Positions 1 through 12,617 of a DNA stretch of 64,000 nt are shown one piece after another. Position numbers and translations under genes: made by a program. The first letter of the stretch is position 1. The number at the start of each line of letters is the position of its first letter. The notes below the pieces were generated by a model. That model worked only from the letters and a program-made list of their open reading frames with translations, was not told the origin of the DNA and searched no databases. This DNA comes from Rebecca billardiae RCC1528 (taxonomy: Eukaryota; Protista; Haptophyta). The DNA is taken from NCBI GenBank assembly GCA_965240325.2, contig OZ251249.1, positions 248,001 through 312,000 on the forward strand, read 5' to 3'.

Positions 1-1
1 C

Positions 2-1965
2 GCGCCGGGCTCAACGAGTGCGACCGCCGCCGCGTGGGCGTACTACGCGCCGCCTGCACTCGCGTCCATCTCGCCCGCGCGCGGCGACGCGCGCGGCGGC
101 GTGCGCACCACGCTGCTCGGCTCGGGGTTCGGCGCGCTCGGCGCGCTGAGCGGCGGGCTCGGGCTGCTGCGCGTGCGCTTCGGCGCGTCCGTGCCCGCCG
201 CGCCGCCGAGTCTGATCGCCGACGACCGGCTCGAGCAGCTCTCCCCATTTGGTTCGGAGGGCGCGGCGCTCGTCGGCGTCGCGCTCAACGGCCAGCAGTT
301 CGACGCGGTCGGCGCGGGCGGCGAGCCCGCCGGCGTGGCGTTTGGGTTCGTGGGGCTGCACGCGCCGCGGCTGCTGGGCGCGCGCTTCAACGCGGAGGCG
401 ACCGCGCTGCTGCTCCGCTTCGACGAGCAGCCCACCGACCGCGCGGGGCTGGCTGGCCTGCAGCCGTGCGCGCGCGTGCTCGACGACGACACCGTGCGCC
501 TCGTGCGCGGCGGCTTTGGCGAAGCGCCGCTCTGCTACTGGGCGGACGACTCGACGCTCGTCGCCGAGCTGAACCTGCTGACCGCCGTCGCGCCGGGCGC
601 GTCGGTGGGCGTGCGCGCGGGCGTGCTCGGCCCCGCCTTCCACGGCCGGCCGTGCCCGCACGAGCTGTGCGCGACCAACAGCACCGCGACAATCGACGCA
701 GACGCGCCGTGCGAGCGGTCCTGCCCGACGCCCCTCGCCGCCATCCGCGGCCCCTCGCGCGTGTCCGCGTGCGCGGGCGAGGTGCTGGCGCTGGACGGCT
801 CGAGCTCGACCGGCGGCGGGATCGCGCCGCTCCGCTTCGAGTGGCGCGTCGACGCGAGCCGCACGGACGGCGACGCCGCGGCGCTGAACGCTCGGCTGCG
901 CGCGCTTGACGGCCCCGCCGCCGCGCGGCTGGAGCTTGGGAGCCTCGGCGGGTTCTCACGGGGGGTCTTTTTGCTGCGCGTGACGAACTTCCTCGGCGCC
1001 GCGTCGGCCATCGCCGAGTGGGCCGTCGAGCGCGGCGGCGGCCTCGCGCCCGCGCTCGTCATCGACGGCCCGCCGCTGCGGCCGGTGCGGCCGGCGGCGG
1101 AGCTCAACCTGCTGGGTGCGGCGACGCTCGCTAGCTGCTGGCCGCCTGCCCAGGACTCACAGGTCGACTTCGAGTGGTCGGTCTCGCGGGTCCTGCTCGG
1201 CACGCCGCCGTCGCTCGACGGGCCGGCGGCCGACGACGCCGGCGCCGACGCCGAGGCCGACGGCGACGGCGACGCGGCCTTCTTCGCGTCCGCGCCCGAG
1301 GCTGCGGACGCGCCGCGCCTCGCGCTTACGGGTGTCGACAGGATCAATCTCAGACTATCTCCCTTCTCGCTGCGCGCGGGGCGCACCTACGAGCTGGTGC
1401 TGCGCGGGGCGATGCGCGCCGCGCCCGGCGCGGCGGCGGCGAGCGCGCTCGTCCGCCTCGCGGTGCGCGCGCAGCCGCTCCAGCCCGTGATCGCCGGCGG
1501 CGACCGGCGCGTCTCCGCCGCCGCGTCGATCGCCGTCGACGCGCGAGCGTCTTACGACCCCAACGTGCCCGGCGGCGCGGGAGATCGCAATCTCACGTTC
1601 GCGTGGGCGCTCTACCACGCCGCGGCCAACGGCACGGCGCCGGGCGGCGCGGGCGCGGCGGAGCTGCTCGCAGGGCTGCCCGGCGTGGACGCCACGGCGG
1701 CCATGCTCCAGCTGCCCCCGAACTCGCTGGTGGCGGGCGCATACACTCTAGTGCTCACGCTGAGCGTGGCGGCGGCGGCGGCCGAGCCGGCGGCCGCCGC
1801 CGCCGCGACGCCGCCGCCCGCGCAGCGCGCCCTCGCCCTCGAGGTCGTGCCCGCGGCGGTGCCCACCATCGCCTTTGCGCCGCTCGCCGCGCCCAAGTAC
1901 AACCCGAGCTGGCCGACGCCCAGTCAGCGCCTCACGCTCCAGACGAGCTTGGCCGACAGCGCCGG

Positions 1966-2019
<54 letters not shown>

Positions 2020-5000
2020 CGCGGGCTGGGTGTATCGATGGCGGGCGTACGTGCTGCTCGGCGGCGGCGCGCGCGCCGAGGCGGCGCTCGACCTGGAGGA
2101 CGCGTCGACGACGACGACGGGCGGCGCGCAGCCTTCTCTCGCCTTCGTCTCCGGCGCACTCACGCCGGGCGCGCTTTACGCGTTCGAGCTGAGCCTCAGC
2201 CGAGCGCCGCCGCCCGCCGGCGGCTCGGCCGCCGACCCCGCCGCCGCCGCCGCGCGCGCAGAGGTGGTGGTGCAGATGAACAGGCCGCCGTTCGGCGGCG
2301 CGCTCGGCGCCGCGCCGCGCGAGGGGATGGCGCTGCGCACGCGCTTCGCGCTCACCGCCGAAGGCTGGAGCGACGACGCGGAGGACCTGCCGCTGCGCTA
2401 CGCCTTTGGGTACACGCCAGCCGCCGCCGGCGCCGGCGGCGCGGCGGCGGCGGCGGCGGGCGGGCGCGGCGCCGCCCGCGGCACCACGCTGAGCGGCCTC
2501 GCCAGCGGCGGCGGCGGCATCGCGGCCGCGTCGTTCACCTCGCTCGGCGATGCGGTGTCCTCCGCGCGCGCGCTCGCGACGCTGCCCGCGGGCAACTGGA
2601 CCCTCAGTGTCTCCGCCATCGACGTGTGGGGGGCGGCGGGCGGCGCGACCGCGGCCGTAACGGCCGCGGACGTAACCGCCGCCGAGACGGGCGGCGGCGC
2701 GGAGGAGGCGGCGGCCGCGCTCGCCGCCGCGCTCGCCGCCGCGCGCGATGACGTACTCACGGGCGCGCTCGCGAGCGCGCGCCAGCGCGTGATCGCCATC
2801 GCGACGATGGCGCTCGGCGGGCTCGGCGGCTCGGCGGGCGGCGGCGCCGACCCAGCCAACGGCACCACGCCCTCAGGGGAGGAGGCGGCGGCGGCCGCGG
2901 CGGCCGCGCTCGGCGGCGCGTTGCTTGAGATCACAGCGGCCGCGTCCGAGCGCGGCACGGCGACGGCCGCGTCGCGGCAGCAGGCGTCGGCGGCGCTGCT
3001 CGCGCTGAGCGCCGCGCCCGACGCGCTCGGCGGCGAAGGGCAGGCGAGCGCGCTGCGCCAGCTCGAAGGCATCCTCACCGGCGCGGCGGCGGGCGGCGGC
3101 GGCGGGGCGGCGGGCGGCGCGGCGGGCGGCGGCGCGGCGGACGGTCTCGACGCGACGACAGCGGCGAACGCGCTGCTCACACTCGACGCGGTCCTCGGCG
3201 CGGACGAGTCCTTGCTGGACGCCAACCACACCGCGGCGGTGAACGCGGCCGCGGGCGCGGTCGCCGCGAGCCTCTCTCGCGGGCTGCTCTCCGGCGCAGT
3301 GATCGGCGAGATTGCAATCTCGGCCGTGGGGCGGTTTGTCGAGCTGCGCGTGGCGCGCTCGGCGCCGGGCGCGCTGGCGAACGCGAGCCTCGCGACGGCG
3401 GGCGGCGCGGGCGGCGCGACGCTCCCGCCCGCCGTGCTCGACGCCCTGCCGCCCGCCGCCCGCAGCGCCGGCGTCGACACGCTGGTCTACGCGCTCGATC
3501 GGAATGTGCACGGCGGCGCGCTCGTCGCAAACGGCGCACGCGCGCGCCGGCGGCGGCGGCTTGGGGCGGCGGCGGCGGCCGGCGGCGGCGCGGCGGCGTG
3601 GCGGCCGCCGGCGGCGTGGGGGGGCGGCGGCGGCGAGGGCGCGCTGGCGCACGGCCGCCGCCGCGCGCAGGAGGAGGCGGCGGCGGAGTCGGAGGCGGGG
3701 GCGGAGGCTTCGCTTCGATCGGTTTTACTGTCTGTGTCACTCGCCGCGGCGGGCGGCGGCGCCGAGATTGCAATCTCGGGGCTGGCGGCGCCGGTGATCC
3801 TCGCGCTCCGCCGCGCGCCGTCAGACGGGGTGTACGGCGTGGCCGACGGCGTCGGCGCGCCGCTCAACTGCTCGCACGCCGCCGGCGGCGCCGCCGCCTG
3901 CCCCGCGCGCACATACTGCGAGCCGACCGCGGCCGTGTGCGCGTGCGCGGCCCCGTGGTCGGGGCCCGCGTGCGCCGAGCGCGCGGAGTGTCGGTTCTGG
4001 GACGGGGCGCGGGGGGGGTGGTCCGGCGCGGGGTGCAGCACGCTCGATGGACCGCCGGCTGGCGTCGCCTCGCCGCTCGGCGACGCCGCCGACGGCGGCG
4101 GCGGCGCGGCGGGTGCGGCCGACGACGAGGCCCTGACGGCGCACGGCGCGCCGAGCTTGCAATCTGGGCCCGACGAGCCGCGCGCGCTGCTCTACTGCGC
4201 GTGCGACCACCTGACGGACTTTGGCGCGCTGCGGGTGCCGACGAGCGTGGCCGAGCTGGAGGAGGAGGTGGGCTCGTTCACCATCAACACCTTCTCCCTC
4301 GACGACGCGGCGGAGGCGCTCTCCGACGGCCCGGAACTCTCCGAGAACGTCGCGATCTATTCCCTCGTGTTCTCCATGCTCGGCTGCGCGCTGCTCAGCG
4401 TGTGCGCGTTCTGCTTGCGGGACTCGCGCGAGGCGGCGGCGCGCGCGAGGGCGAGCGAGGCGGCGGCGGCGCGGCGCGACGCGCGCGCCGAGCGCGCCGC
4501 CGCCGCGCTCGAGGCGCGGCTCGACGAGCTCGACGACTACGTCGCCGCGCGCGCCGAGGCGGCCGCGGGCGCCATGCAGCGCGCGGCCGCGCGCGGCGCC
4601 GGCCGCGCGGGCTCGACGCGCCGCCGCCTCGCGCTCGCCGCCTCGTCCAAGGCGTCCGGCGCGCTGCAGACGGTGTTCGGCGAGGGCGCCGACCGGTCTC
4701 GCGAGCACCGCGCGACGCGCCTCCTCCGCCAGATCCTCGCGCAGCTCCAGTCCGACCACACCCTCCTCGGCCTCTGGTACGGCGACCCCGAGGACTCGAA
4801 GCGCGCCGAGCTGTGCGCGGTCTTCTGGGCGACGGCGTTTCTCGGCCTCGTGGTCGAGTGCATGCTGTACGATGTGTCGGGCGCGCCCGCGGCGCCGGGC
4901 GTGGCGATCAACCTGGTCTCAGTGCTGCTCACCGCGCTCCTGACCGCCGCGCTCCTCCTCCCCGCCCTCGCCCTCTTCAAGCTGATCTTTCTTCTCGGCT

Positions 5001-5397
5001 ACGGCCGGCGCACGCCGCTCGCGCGACGGCTGTTTGCGCGCTTGCTCGACGGCGGCGCGGCCGAAGCGGACCGGCAGCTGCTGGCCGCGGCGCCGCTGCA
5101 GGCTGGCTCGTCGCGCCGGCTGCTGCGCCGCGCCAGCTCGTCACACGCCGCCTCCGCCCGAGACGCGGCCTCCGCCGGCTGGGGCTGGTCGTCGTCGCGC
5201 CGGCGGCGCGCGCGCGTCGGCGCGCACGGCGGCGCGCCCGCGCCGGCCGACGCCGCCGCCGACGACGCCGCCGACGCGGACGCAGAGCTAGGCGCAGCGT
5301 GCGCGGCGGCGGGCTTGCCGGCGGGCACGAGCCGGCGCGTCGCGCGGCTCGTGCGCGCCGCGTCGACGCTGCGCCGCGCCGCCTCGCGCGTCGAGCC

Positions 5398-5439
<42 letters not shown>

Positions 5440-7910
5440 GGGCGGCCGCTCGCCCGCGCCGCCGCCGCCCGCGCGCGGCGGCTCGCGCGCCGACCCGCGC
5501 CGCGGCGCCAGCCGCCGGCTCGCGCCACTCCCATCCGCCGCGTCGGAGGCGGAGGCGGAGCGCATGGCGCGGGTGGACGCGCTCGCCGCGGCGTGGGAGG
5601 CGGAGGCGGCGGCGGAGCGGGCCGGCTCCGCGCCGCCGCAGCCGCCGCCCGCGCCCCGCGGCGGCGCGTCCACCCCAAAGCCGACCGGCCGCGGCGGCGG
5701 GAGCGGCGGCGGCCGCGGCGGCGGCGGCGGCGGCGGCTGGAGTGACGGTTGGGCCGGCAGTGCCGCCCCGCGCTCGTCGTCCTCCGCCGCGAGCTCGGAG
5801 ATCACGTCGGTGATCGGCGACTCGGAGGACTCCATCCTCTCCACCCCCGCGCACAGCTTCCGCATCCCGCGCGGCGCCGGCGGCGGCGTAGGCGGCGGCG
5901 GCGCGCCCCGTGCGCGCGACACGCCGACGCGGGGCGGCGCGGACGCCGCCGCCGCCGGCAGCGACGGCGCGGGCGGCGCGGGCGGCGGCGACAGCCCGGC
6001 CGGGCCCCTCTCGCCGCCGCGCGCGCACTACTACTGGGCGCGCGACGCGCCGATCCACGTGCCCTCGGCCGCCGTCACCGCCTCCCTCGCGCCCACCCTC
6101 GTGCCGCCGGCCGTACTGATTCCGCCGGCGCGCGGCGCGCGCGCGTCGGCGGGCTCGCTCGAGAGCGCGCACCTGCTGCTGCGCTCGGCGCGCGCGAGCG
6201 GCGCGGGGTGCGGCTCCGTGTACAGCTGCGGGGGGGCGGGGCACGAGCGTCAGCATGGCGGCCACCAGCATGGCAGCTGCTCGCCGCTGTCGCTCCGCAG
6301 CGCCGCAGCCGCCTCCTCCGCCTCGCAGCAGCGGCACGCGCCAGCCGCGCGCGTGCTCGGTGCCATGTCGCCCATGCTGCTCCCGCCCGCGCTGCCGCCG
6401 CCGGCGGGCGGCCCGGCGGGCGGCGCGCGCGCGCGCTCGCCCAGCGCGCAGACTGCGCCGGCGCGCTGGCGGGGCGGCGGCGCGAGCCGGCCGCCGTCGT
6501 GGGGCGGCGCGGGCGCGCGCTCGGCGGCGTGCGGGTCCTCGCCCGGCGAGGGCGCGGCGCGCGCGGAGCCGCGGCGCGCGCAGCTACCGCCGGGGTGGTC
6601 CTACGCCGTGAGCGCGCCGCCGTGGCCCGCGCCGCCCGAGCCGCCGGCCGCGCCGCCCGTCCCAAACCCGCCGCGCGCGACGCGGCCGCGCCGACTGCCG
6701 CCGCCCAGCGCGCCGCTCCCGCCGATCGGCGGCGGCGCCGGCGCCGGCGAGAACGACTGGGCGCAGCCGCCCGCGCGGCGGCGCTCGTGCGCGCGCACGC
6801 TCAGCTGCGAGGGGCGCGCGACGCGGCGCGAGCCGAGCGCCGCCTGCCTCGTGTGCGCTAGCGAGGCGCCGACCGCCGAGCCGCGCGTTGCATACGCCGA
6901 CGCCGACGCCGACGCGCCGGGCGGCGCGCCGCCGCCGCCCCTCCTGCCGCCGGGGCCGGCGCCGAGCAGCAGCTCCGCGCTCGTTCTGGAGCTGAGCATC
7001 GAGCACGACCTCGAGCCGGTCGCGGTCGACCGGCTGCGAATTGTTTTCCACCGGTTCGACGCGGATGGCTCGGGCTTTGTCGACGCGTCCGAGCTGCGCG
7101 CGCTCGTCGAGGCGATGGGGATCCGGCGCACGCGCGCAGAGGTCGCCGAGCTGGCCGCGGTCGTGGACGCGAACCGCAACGGCCGGATCTCCTTCGAGGA
7201 GCTGGTCGCGTGGTTCGACGAGATGGCCAAGGTGGGCGCGCGCGCGCCGCGCGCGCGCGCGCGCCTCGCTTCGGCGCGCACGCCTCGCTCGCCGCGCCGC
7301 ACGCGCGCGCGCTCGCCCCGCCGCCCTCGCTCGGCCGGCGCTGACGGCACGCCGCGCGCGCGCCGCCCGTGCGCACGCGCGCGCTCGCGCGCGCCCGTCG
7401 CAGGAGGCGGACGAGCGCGAGAGCCGGCGGCGCGAGTCACTGTGGGGCCGACTCTCCGAGCGCGCGGCGCGCTGCGCGCCGCCGCTGCCTGTGCGCAAGG
7501 CGCTGGCGTGGCTCGCCATCTGGGCCATCATCGGCGTGCTCGCGCTCCTCGCCATCATCTACGCGCGGCTGTTCGGCGCGGCGCAGACCGAGCTGATGCT
7601 CGTGAGCTGGTCGCTCGCCGAGACGCAGACGCTCAGCGTCGAGGTGCGCCGCGCGCGCGCGCCGACGTGCGCGCGCGCGCGCTCGCGCCGCGCCCTCGAC
7701 TCTCAATCAAGACTCAAACCCCGCGGCCCGCCCATCCCGCCGGCCCCGGCGGCCGCGCAGGAGCCCTTCATGATCGTGCTCGCTGTCGTGATCCCGTGGG
7801 TCGTCGACCGGCTCACGTCCAACGAGGTGGTGGCCGAGGTGATCAACGAGTTCCTCGCGTCGACGATCGGTGCCGCCATCTCCGCCGTGCGCAGCGCGCT
7901 CGGGTGCTGA
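2..7910 (+). CDS. Polycystin-1/REJ-GPS-like multi-pass membrane protein with an EF-hand pair, 5'-partial; exons <2-7231, 7404-7643, 7761-7910
   Basis: The frame is open from base 2 and begins with an IPT/TIG-like stretch (YYAPPALASISPARG..GG..T.LGSGF). It then has a REJ-like motif (NRPPFGG..T.F.L..GWSDDAEDLPLRYAF), an EGF-like Cys cluster, a GPS motif (CRFWD...WSGAGC...CACDHLTDF) and TM segments. The EF-hands are DADGSGFVDASE and DANRNGRISFEE. GT-AG introns 7232-7403 and 7644-7760 restore PKD1-like final TMs (YARLFG...SW...EEPFMI). Confidence 0.8.
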
Positions 7911-8437
7911 TGATGAGGTTGCGCCCACACAAGCCAATGTTTCGTTGATTACTTTCAGGGTGAAAACATACTACGCGGCTTACGGTTGATACGCTCGAGT
8001 ACCTTCTCAAACATGTAGCACTTATTCAGAACCAAGGAACCGTCACGGTATTACTATTCGATGGTCGTTTGTCAGACTGATTGCGGCATACATTTGATTG
8101 AAACCATCAATAATCTGCTGTACATCTCCCCGCCAAAGTCTGGGGTGGTTTATGATAGTCCTTTGTCAGACCCATCAATCAGTTATTTTACGATCAGTCT
8201 TGGTACCCTCCCTAAAATCTGGGGTAGTTGAAGCGTGGTTAAAATAGTGAGTCGTGCGGGTACATCATGAAGGTCTTCGCCCGAATCAGTACGATATAAT
8301 CATATGCGTCCATCATCATCGACGAATCTGCGCTGCGTTAATCATCCATCGACTTCCCAGCCGACCGAGAGGCGAGAGAGAACCACACAATCCCGCCGTC
8401 GTCGACACAAACACCTCAAGAACTCCTCACACTCCAC

Positions 8438-9796
8438 ATGACACGACGAATGGACTACCACGCGCTCGCGCAACGGATGCTCGAGAACGAGGCGTTCCGG
8501 CAGCAGATCGCGCCGCGGGACGCGAGGAACGCGAACGCGCGCATCGAGTTGCTCGCGCTCGCGCTGCTCCAGCAGCACCGGGCTCCTCAGCCGCAGCCGA
8601 GCGCGACGCCGACCGTCGTCGGGCCGCCGATCCTCCAGCACGGCGGCATGCGGGGTCTCGACTCGCTCGCAAGGCCGTCGGCTCCACCGCTGCTCACGGG
8701 CGCGGAAGTGCCATACATTGCCCTGCTACGCACGGCCGGGCTCACGCCTGCACTCCCCGGCCTCGCCGGCCACGGCGGCGCCGAGTCCGAACTCTTCCCA
8801 CGCTCCTTCCTGCAGGCCACTCCGGCCCCACCTCCCGCGTACGCGCCCTTCCACTTCGTCGGGCCGCACCACGCTGGCCTCGACGACGGGCTGTCGCCCC
8901 TGCCGGGCCTGATTGCAGCACGCCCATTCCCGCTCTCGACCCCCGAGCCCATCCCTTCGCTCGACCAGCCGCCGCCGCCGCCCCACCAGCCGCTGGCGCA
9001 GCTCGCTGCGGCCGAGCAGCAGCAGCAGATCATGATGATGATGATGATGATGGCGGAGCCCGCGGAGGACGACGGCAGCAACATCGACGAGGGACCGGGC
9101 GAGCTCGCGCAGCGGATGGGTTTGCGCTGGAACGAGCGCACGCCGTGCTCCAAGTGCGCTCGCACGTTTTCCAGCCGGTACCACGCGCAGAAGCACTTCA
9201 TGCGCGTGCACTACAAGGGCAAGAAGCGGCACGTGTGCACGCGCTGCCACCGCAAGGCCTTCGCCGTCAAGGAGGACCTCACCACGCACCAGAAGGCGTG
9301 CGGCCGCGTGTACCTGTGCGCATGCGGCCTGCGGCTGGGCTCGCGGCCGACGCTCGTGCGCCACTGCGCGCTGAGGAGCCACGAGCCCGTCTCGCTCCAC
9401 GGCTTTGACGCCGACGACGTGCCGGCGCCGCCGCCGCTCGCGGGCGCCTCGACCTCCGGCTCGTGGGCAGACGGCGCCGCCGAGCTTCCCGTCGCAGCCG
9501 GCAGCTCGCTGCTCGGCGTCGCCGGCTCGGCAGCGCAGCCCGAGCTCGCGCACCACCCCGTGACCGCGCCTCCGTTGCTCCCGATGCCCTCGGCGTCCTT
9601 CTTCTCCGCGGACGCTCCGCTGATGCCGATGGCGCAGGCGCCTCCAGCCGGTCACGCGCGCTCGGGACTCGCGGCCCAGCACGCAGACCGCCACGGTGAC
9701 GCACTGCAGAGCCACTGCTTCGACGGCAGCATGCATGCCGCGCCGGGCCTCGGCATCGTCGAGGAGCTCGCCGCCATCCTCTCGACGACGAAGTGA
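8438..9796 (+). CDS. C2H2 zinc-finger transcription factor (WIP/STOP1/IDD/ATMIN-like finger array)
   Basis: Contains CSKCARTF..RYHAQKHFMRVH, CTRCHRKAFAVKEDLTTHQKACG and CACGLRLGSRPTLVRH. The FAV..D..TH.K.CG..C.CG pattern is diagnostic of this class. The start may be 8449. Confidence 0.8.
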   Translation: MTRRMDYHALAQRMLENEAFRQQIAPRDARNANARIELLALALLQQHRAPQPQPSATPTVVGPPILQHGGMRGLDSLARPSAPPLLTGAEVPYIALLRTAGLTPALPGLAGHGGAESELFPRSFLQATPAPPPAYAPFHFVGPHHAGLDDGLSPLPGLIAARPFPLSTPEPIPSLDQPPPPPHQPLAQLAAAEQQQQIMMMMMMMAEPAEDDGSNIDEGPGELAQRMGLRWNERTPCSKCARTFSSRYHAQKHFMRVHYKGKKRHVCTRCHRKAFAVKEDLTTHQKACGRVYLCACGLRLGSRPTLVRHCALRSHEPVSLHGFDADDVPAPPPLAGASTSGSWADGAAELPVAAGSSLLGVAGSAAQPELAHHPVTAPPLLPMPSASFFSADAPLMPMAQAPPAGHARSGLAAQHADRHGDALQSHCFDGSMHAAPGLGIVEELAAILSTTK

Positions 9797-10382
9797 CATC
9801 TGACGTGCCGCCGGCCCGTAGAGTGGCCGAGACGCGGCGGCGCCGCGCGCCACCACTCCGCCACTGCGCTGCTGAGAACTTATCGCGCGTGCGGCCGTGC
9901 TGACGATCGATGTCGATCGTCGTCGTCTGTCTGCTGCTGTTGCCATCCGCCGACTCTGTCCGCGCGAGTGTAGTCAGTCGCGCCCGCCCGACTGATGTAG
10001 CAGTAGTGAGTATACTCTGACGATGTGGCGTCACTGCACTACCCATTCATCAAGCCACGACGCGCGCGCGCGATCGCGGATTTATTATATGCACTGATGA
10101 TGATGATGAGTACGTAGTAGTCGATCGTCGCGATCTGATGTCTGTAAGCAGATCGATCGCGACGCTACTGCTCAGCGGCTATGATGATGACGAGCTTCTG
10201 AGCTTCGTAGACGCGTCATTGTCATCATTAATACATATCGCGTACCGATGCCGCGCGCGCGCGCCTGCTAATGCGCCGTGGGCCGGCCGCGCGCCGCGCC
10301 GCGGGGCCGCGCCGGCCGCAGCCCCAGGCCTGGCGAGCGCCTCCCGGGGCGGCGTTCGCCGCCGCCGTCACCTCGCGCGCGC

Positions 10383-12617
10383 TCACTCGCGCGCCGCCGC
10401 CGTGCACTCCGCGGCGCGGTGCAGGGCGAGCAGCGCCGCCGCGCTGAAGCGCGCGCCGCAGCGCGTGCACGCGCACCCGAGCTCGTCGAAGAGCATGTCG
10501 TCGTCGTCGTCGTCATCGTCGTCACCGCCGTCACCGCCGCCGCCGTCGTCGTCATCGTCGTCACCGCCGCCGTCGTCGTCGTCGTGGTCGCGTTCGTTCC
10601 CGTTGTCCTCGTCGTCGTCGTGGCCGTCGCTCGTCGGCACGCCGCCCTCACTGGCGCGCGCGAGCGGGCGGGTGCACGCCGTGCCAGGCCCTCGTCCGCG
10701 CTCGGCAGAGGCGGCGCGTGCGAGCGCCGCGCGGTCGGCGCCGCCGTGGGCGCCCGACGCGGCGCCGCGCGGCGCGGGCGAGGGCGGCGCGGGCGAGGGT
10801 GGCGCCCGGCCACTCCCATCCACAGTGGGAGTACCGCCGCCGCGCACGGCGGGCGTCAGCGGCGGCGGCGAGCTGGGCGCAGCCACGTCTGCCGCAGCGG
10901 CGTCGGCGCCGGCGGCGCGCGGCGTGGCGCGCAACTGCGCCGACGGCCCTGCCACCACGCCCGGCCCCGCCGCGTCAGCCGGCGGCGCGCTTGCCCCGCG
11001 CGACGGCCCTACCGCGCCCACCGCCGCCGCGCCCGCCTCGCCCGCCGCCGCCTTTGCCGCCGCCTCGCGCGCCCCTCTGTAGTTCTCAAAGGCGGCCTCC
11101 TCGCGCGCGCGCATCAGCGCATTGATCGCGTATGTCTCGGCGCGCAGCCGCTGCGCCCTCGCCTCGCGCTCCTGCCGCAGCGCCGAGCGCTCGGCGCGCT
11201 GCTGCGCGCGCGAGCGCGCGCTCGCCTCCTCCGCCTTCGCCGCGCGCGCCGCCGCCTCGCGCCGCCCGTATTCGGCGACGCGCGCGGCCGCGGCGCGCGC
11301 GGCCTCCTGCGTCGCGGCGGCGGCGGCGGCGGACTGCTGCGGCGGCGGCGGCGGCGGCGCGGCGGCGGCGGCGCGGCCGGCGGGCGCGGTGGTGAGGCTT
11401 GGAGGCTGCCCGCCCGCGGAGAGCGAGCGGCTGAGCCCCTTCGCGCCGGGCTCGGCGGGCGCGGCGGCGGGCGGCGCGGGCGGCGCGGGCGGCGCGGGCG
11501 CGCCAGAGGCACGCCGCGCCGCCGCCGGCTCGGCGCCGCCCGCCTGCTCGGCCGCGCCGTCGGACTCGGCGCGCGCCGCGGCGGACGCGCGCAGCGCGGC
11601 GCGCAGCCGACTCGCCGCGCGCTGCCTTGTCACCTCCACGTCCACGTCGCGCCCACGCCGCTGCTGCTCCGCCGCCCGCTGCTCAGCATCCGCGGCCGCG
11701 GCGAGCTCGAGCGCGCGCGCGCGCTCGCGCAGCCGCTCGGCCGCGCGCCGCCGCTCCTCATCGGGGTCTCGCGCGGCGGCGGCGTCTGCGGCGGCGCGCG
11801 CCTCGGACTCGGCGGCGGCCGCGGCCATCGCCGCCTCGGCGCGCCGGCGCACGCGCAACTCCGCCTTGCGCCGTGCCTCCTCTGCGTCATGCCGCGCGCC
11901 GCCCGAGCCGTCGACGCCCTCGTCAACGTCCGAGCCCGCCGCGGCGGCCGCGGCGGCTGCGGCGGCGGCTGCGGCGGCGGCCGCGGCGCGCTCACGCAGT
12001 CGCTCCGCCGCGCGCCGGCGCTCGAGCTCCGGGTCGAAGTGGCTGCCGCGCACGCCGCCGGGCATCGGCGCACCCGCCGCCGTCGGCGCGGCCGCCGCCG
12101 CCATCGGCCGCAATCTCGGCGGCTCGAGATCGCTCGCGCTCGCGTGCCGGTGAAGCAGCGCCGCGCGCGGCGCGCTCGCGCCGAGGCCCGCGCCCGAGAG
12201 GCCGAGGTGCGCTTCGCGCGTAGGCTCGGCCGCGTGGGCGCCCGCGCGCCCCGGCGGCGGCGGCGCGCGCGCGCCCAGGAGGGGCGGCAGCGTGCTCGAC
12301 ATCGCCACCATCGACGCTGCGCGCGGCCGCGCGCCGGGGCGGGGCCTGCACGCGGGCGGAGGGCGACGCGCGTGCGCGCCGCGCGCGCGTGATGCAGTGC
12401 TCTCACGAGCTCGCGCGCGCGTCGCCGCGCCGTCGCGGGGCGGGCGGCGGCGGCGGCGGCGCGGCGCGCACCCGAGCGCAGACGGCCTGCCGCCGGTTCG
12501 AAGGCTGTTCTCGTGGCGCCATGCGGCGTGCTCGAAGGCGGGCGCGACGGAGGACGGCGCCTCCCGCACGTGGATCGGCGCCGTCGAGCCGTGCAGCACG
12601 AAGCCCAGGTCGCCCAT
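10383..12617 (-). CDS. Coiled-coil protein with CCDC23/SVBP-like motif and C-terminal zinc finger; exons 12617-12472, 12345-10383
   Basis: RAQRLRAETYAINALMRAREEAAFENY resembles the SVBP/CCDC23 core (RQRAEIYALN.VM...F). The C-terminus has CTRCGARF....LALH....C. There is an in-frame 126-bp GTGCGC..CAG intron at 12471-12346. Confidence 0.55.
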   Translation of the reverse strand: MGDLGFVLHGSTAPIHVREAPSSVAPAFEHAAWRHENSLRTGGRPSALGCAPRRRRRRPPRDGAATRARARESTASRARGAHARRPPPACRPRPGARPRAASMVAMSSTLPPLLGARAPPPPGRAGAHAAEPTREAHLGLSGAGLGASAPRAALLHRHASASDLEPPRLRPMAAAAAPTAAGAPMPGGVRGSHFDPELERRRAAERLRERAAAAAAAAAAAAAAAAAGSDVDEGVDGSGGARHDAEEARRKAELRVRRRAEAAMAAAAAESEARAAADAAAARDPDEERRRAAERLRERARALELAAAADAEQRAAEQQRRGRDVDVEVTRQRAASRLRAALRASAAARAESDGAAEQAGGAEPAAARRASGAPAPPAPPAPPAAAPAEPGAKGLSRSLSAGGQPPSLTTAPAGRAAAAAPPPPPPQQSAAAAAATQEAARAAAARVAEYGRREAAARAAKAEEASARSRAQQRAERSALRQEREARAQRLRAETYAINALMRAREEAAFENYRGAREAAAKAAAGEAGAAAVGAVGPSRGASAPPADAAGPGVVAGPSAQLRATPRAAGADAAAADVAAPSSPPPLTPAVRGGGTPTVDGSGRAPPSPAPPSPAPRGAASGAHGGADRAALARAASAERGRGPGTACTRPLARASEGGVPTSDGHDDDEDNGNERDHDDDDGGGDDDDDDGGGGDGGDDDDDDDDDMLFDELGCACTRCGARFSAAALLALHRAAECTAAARE

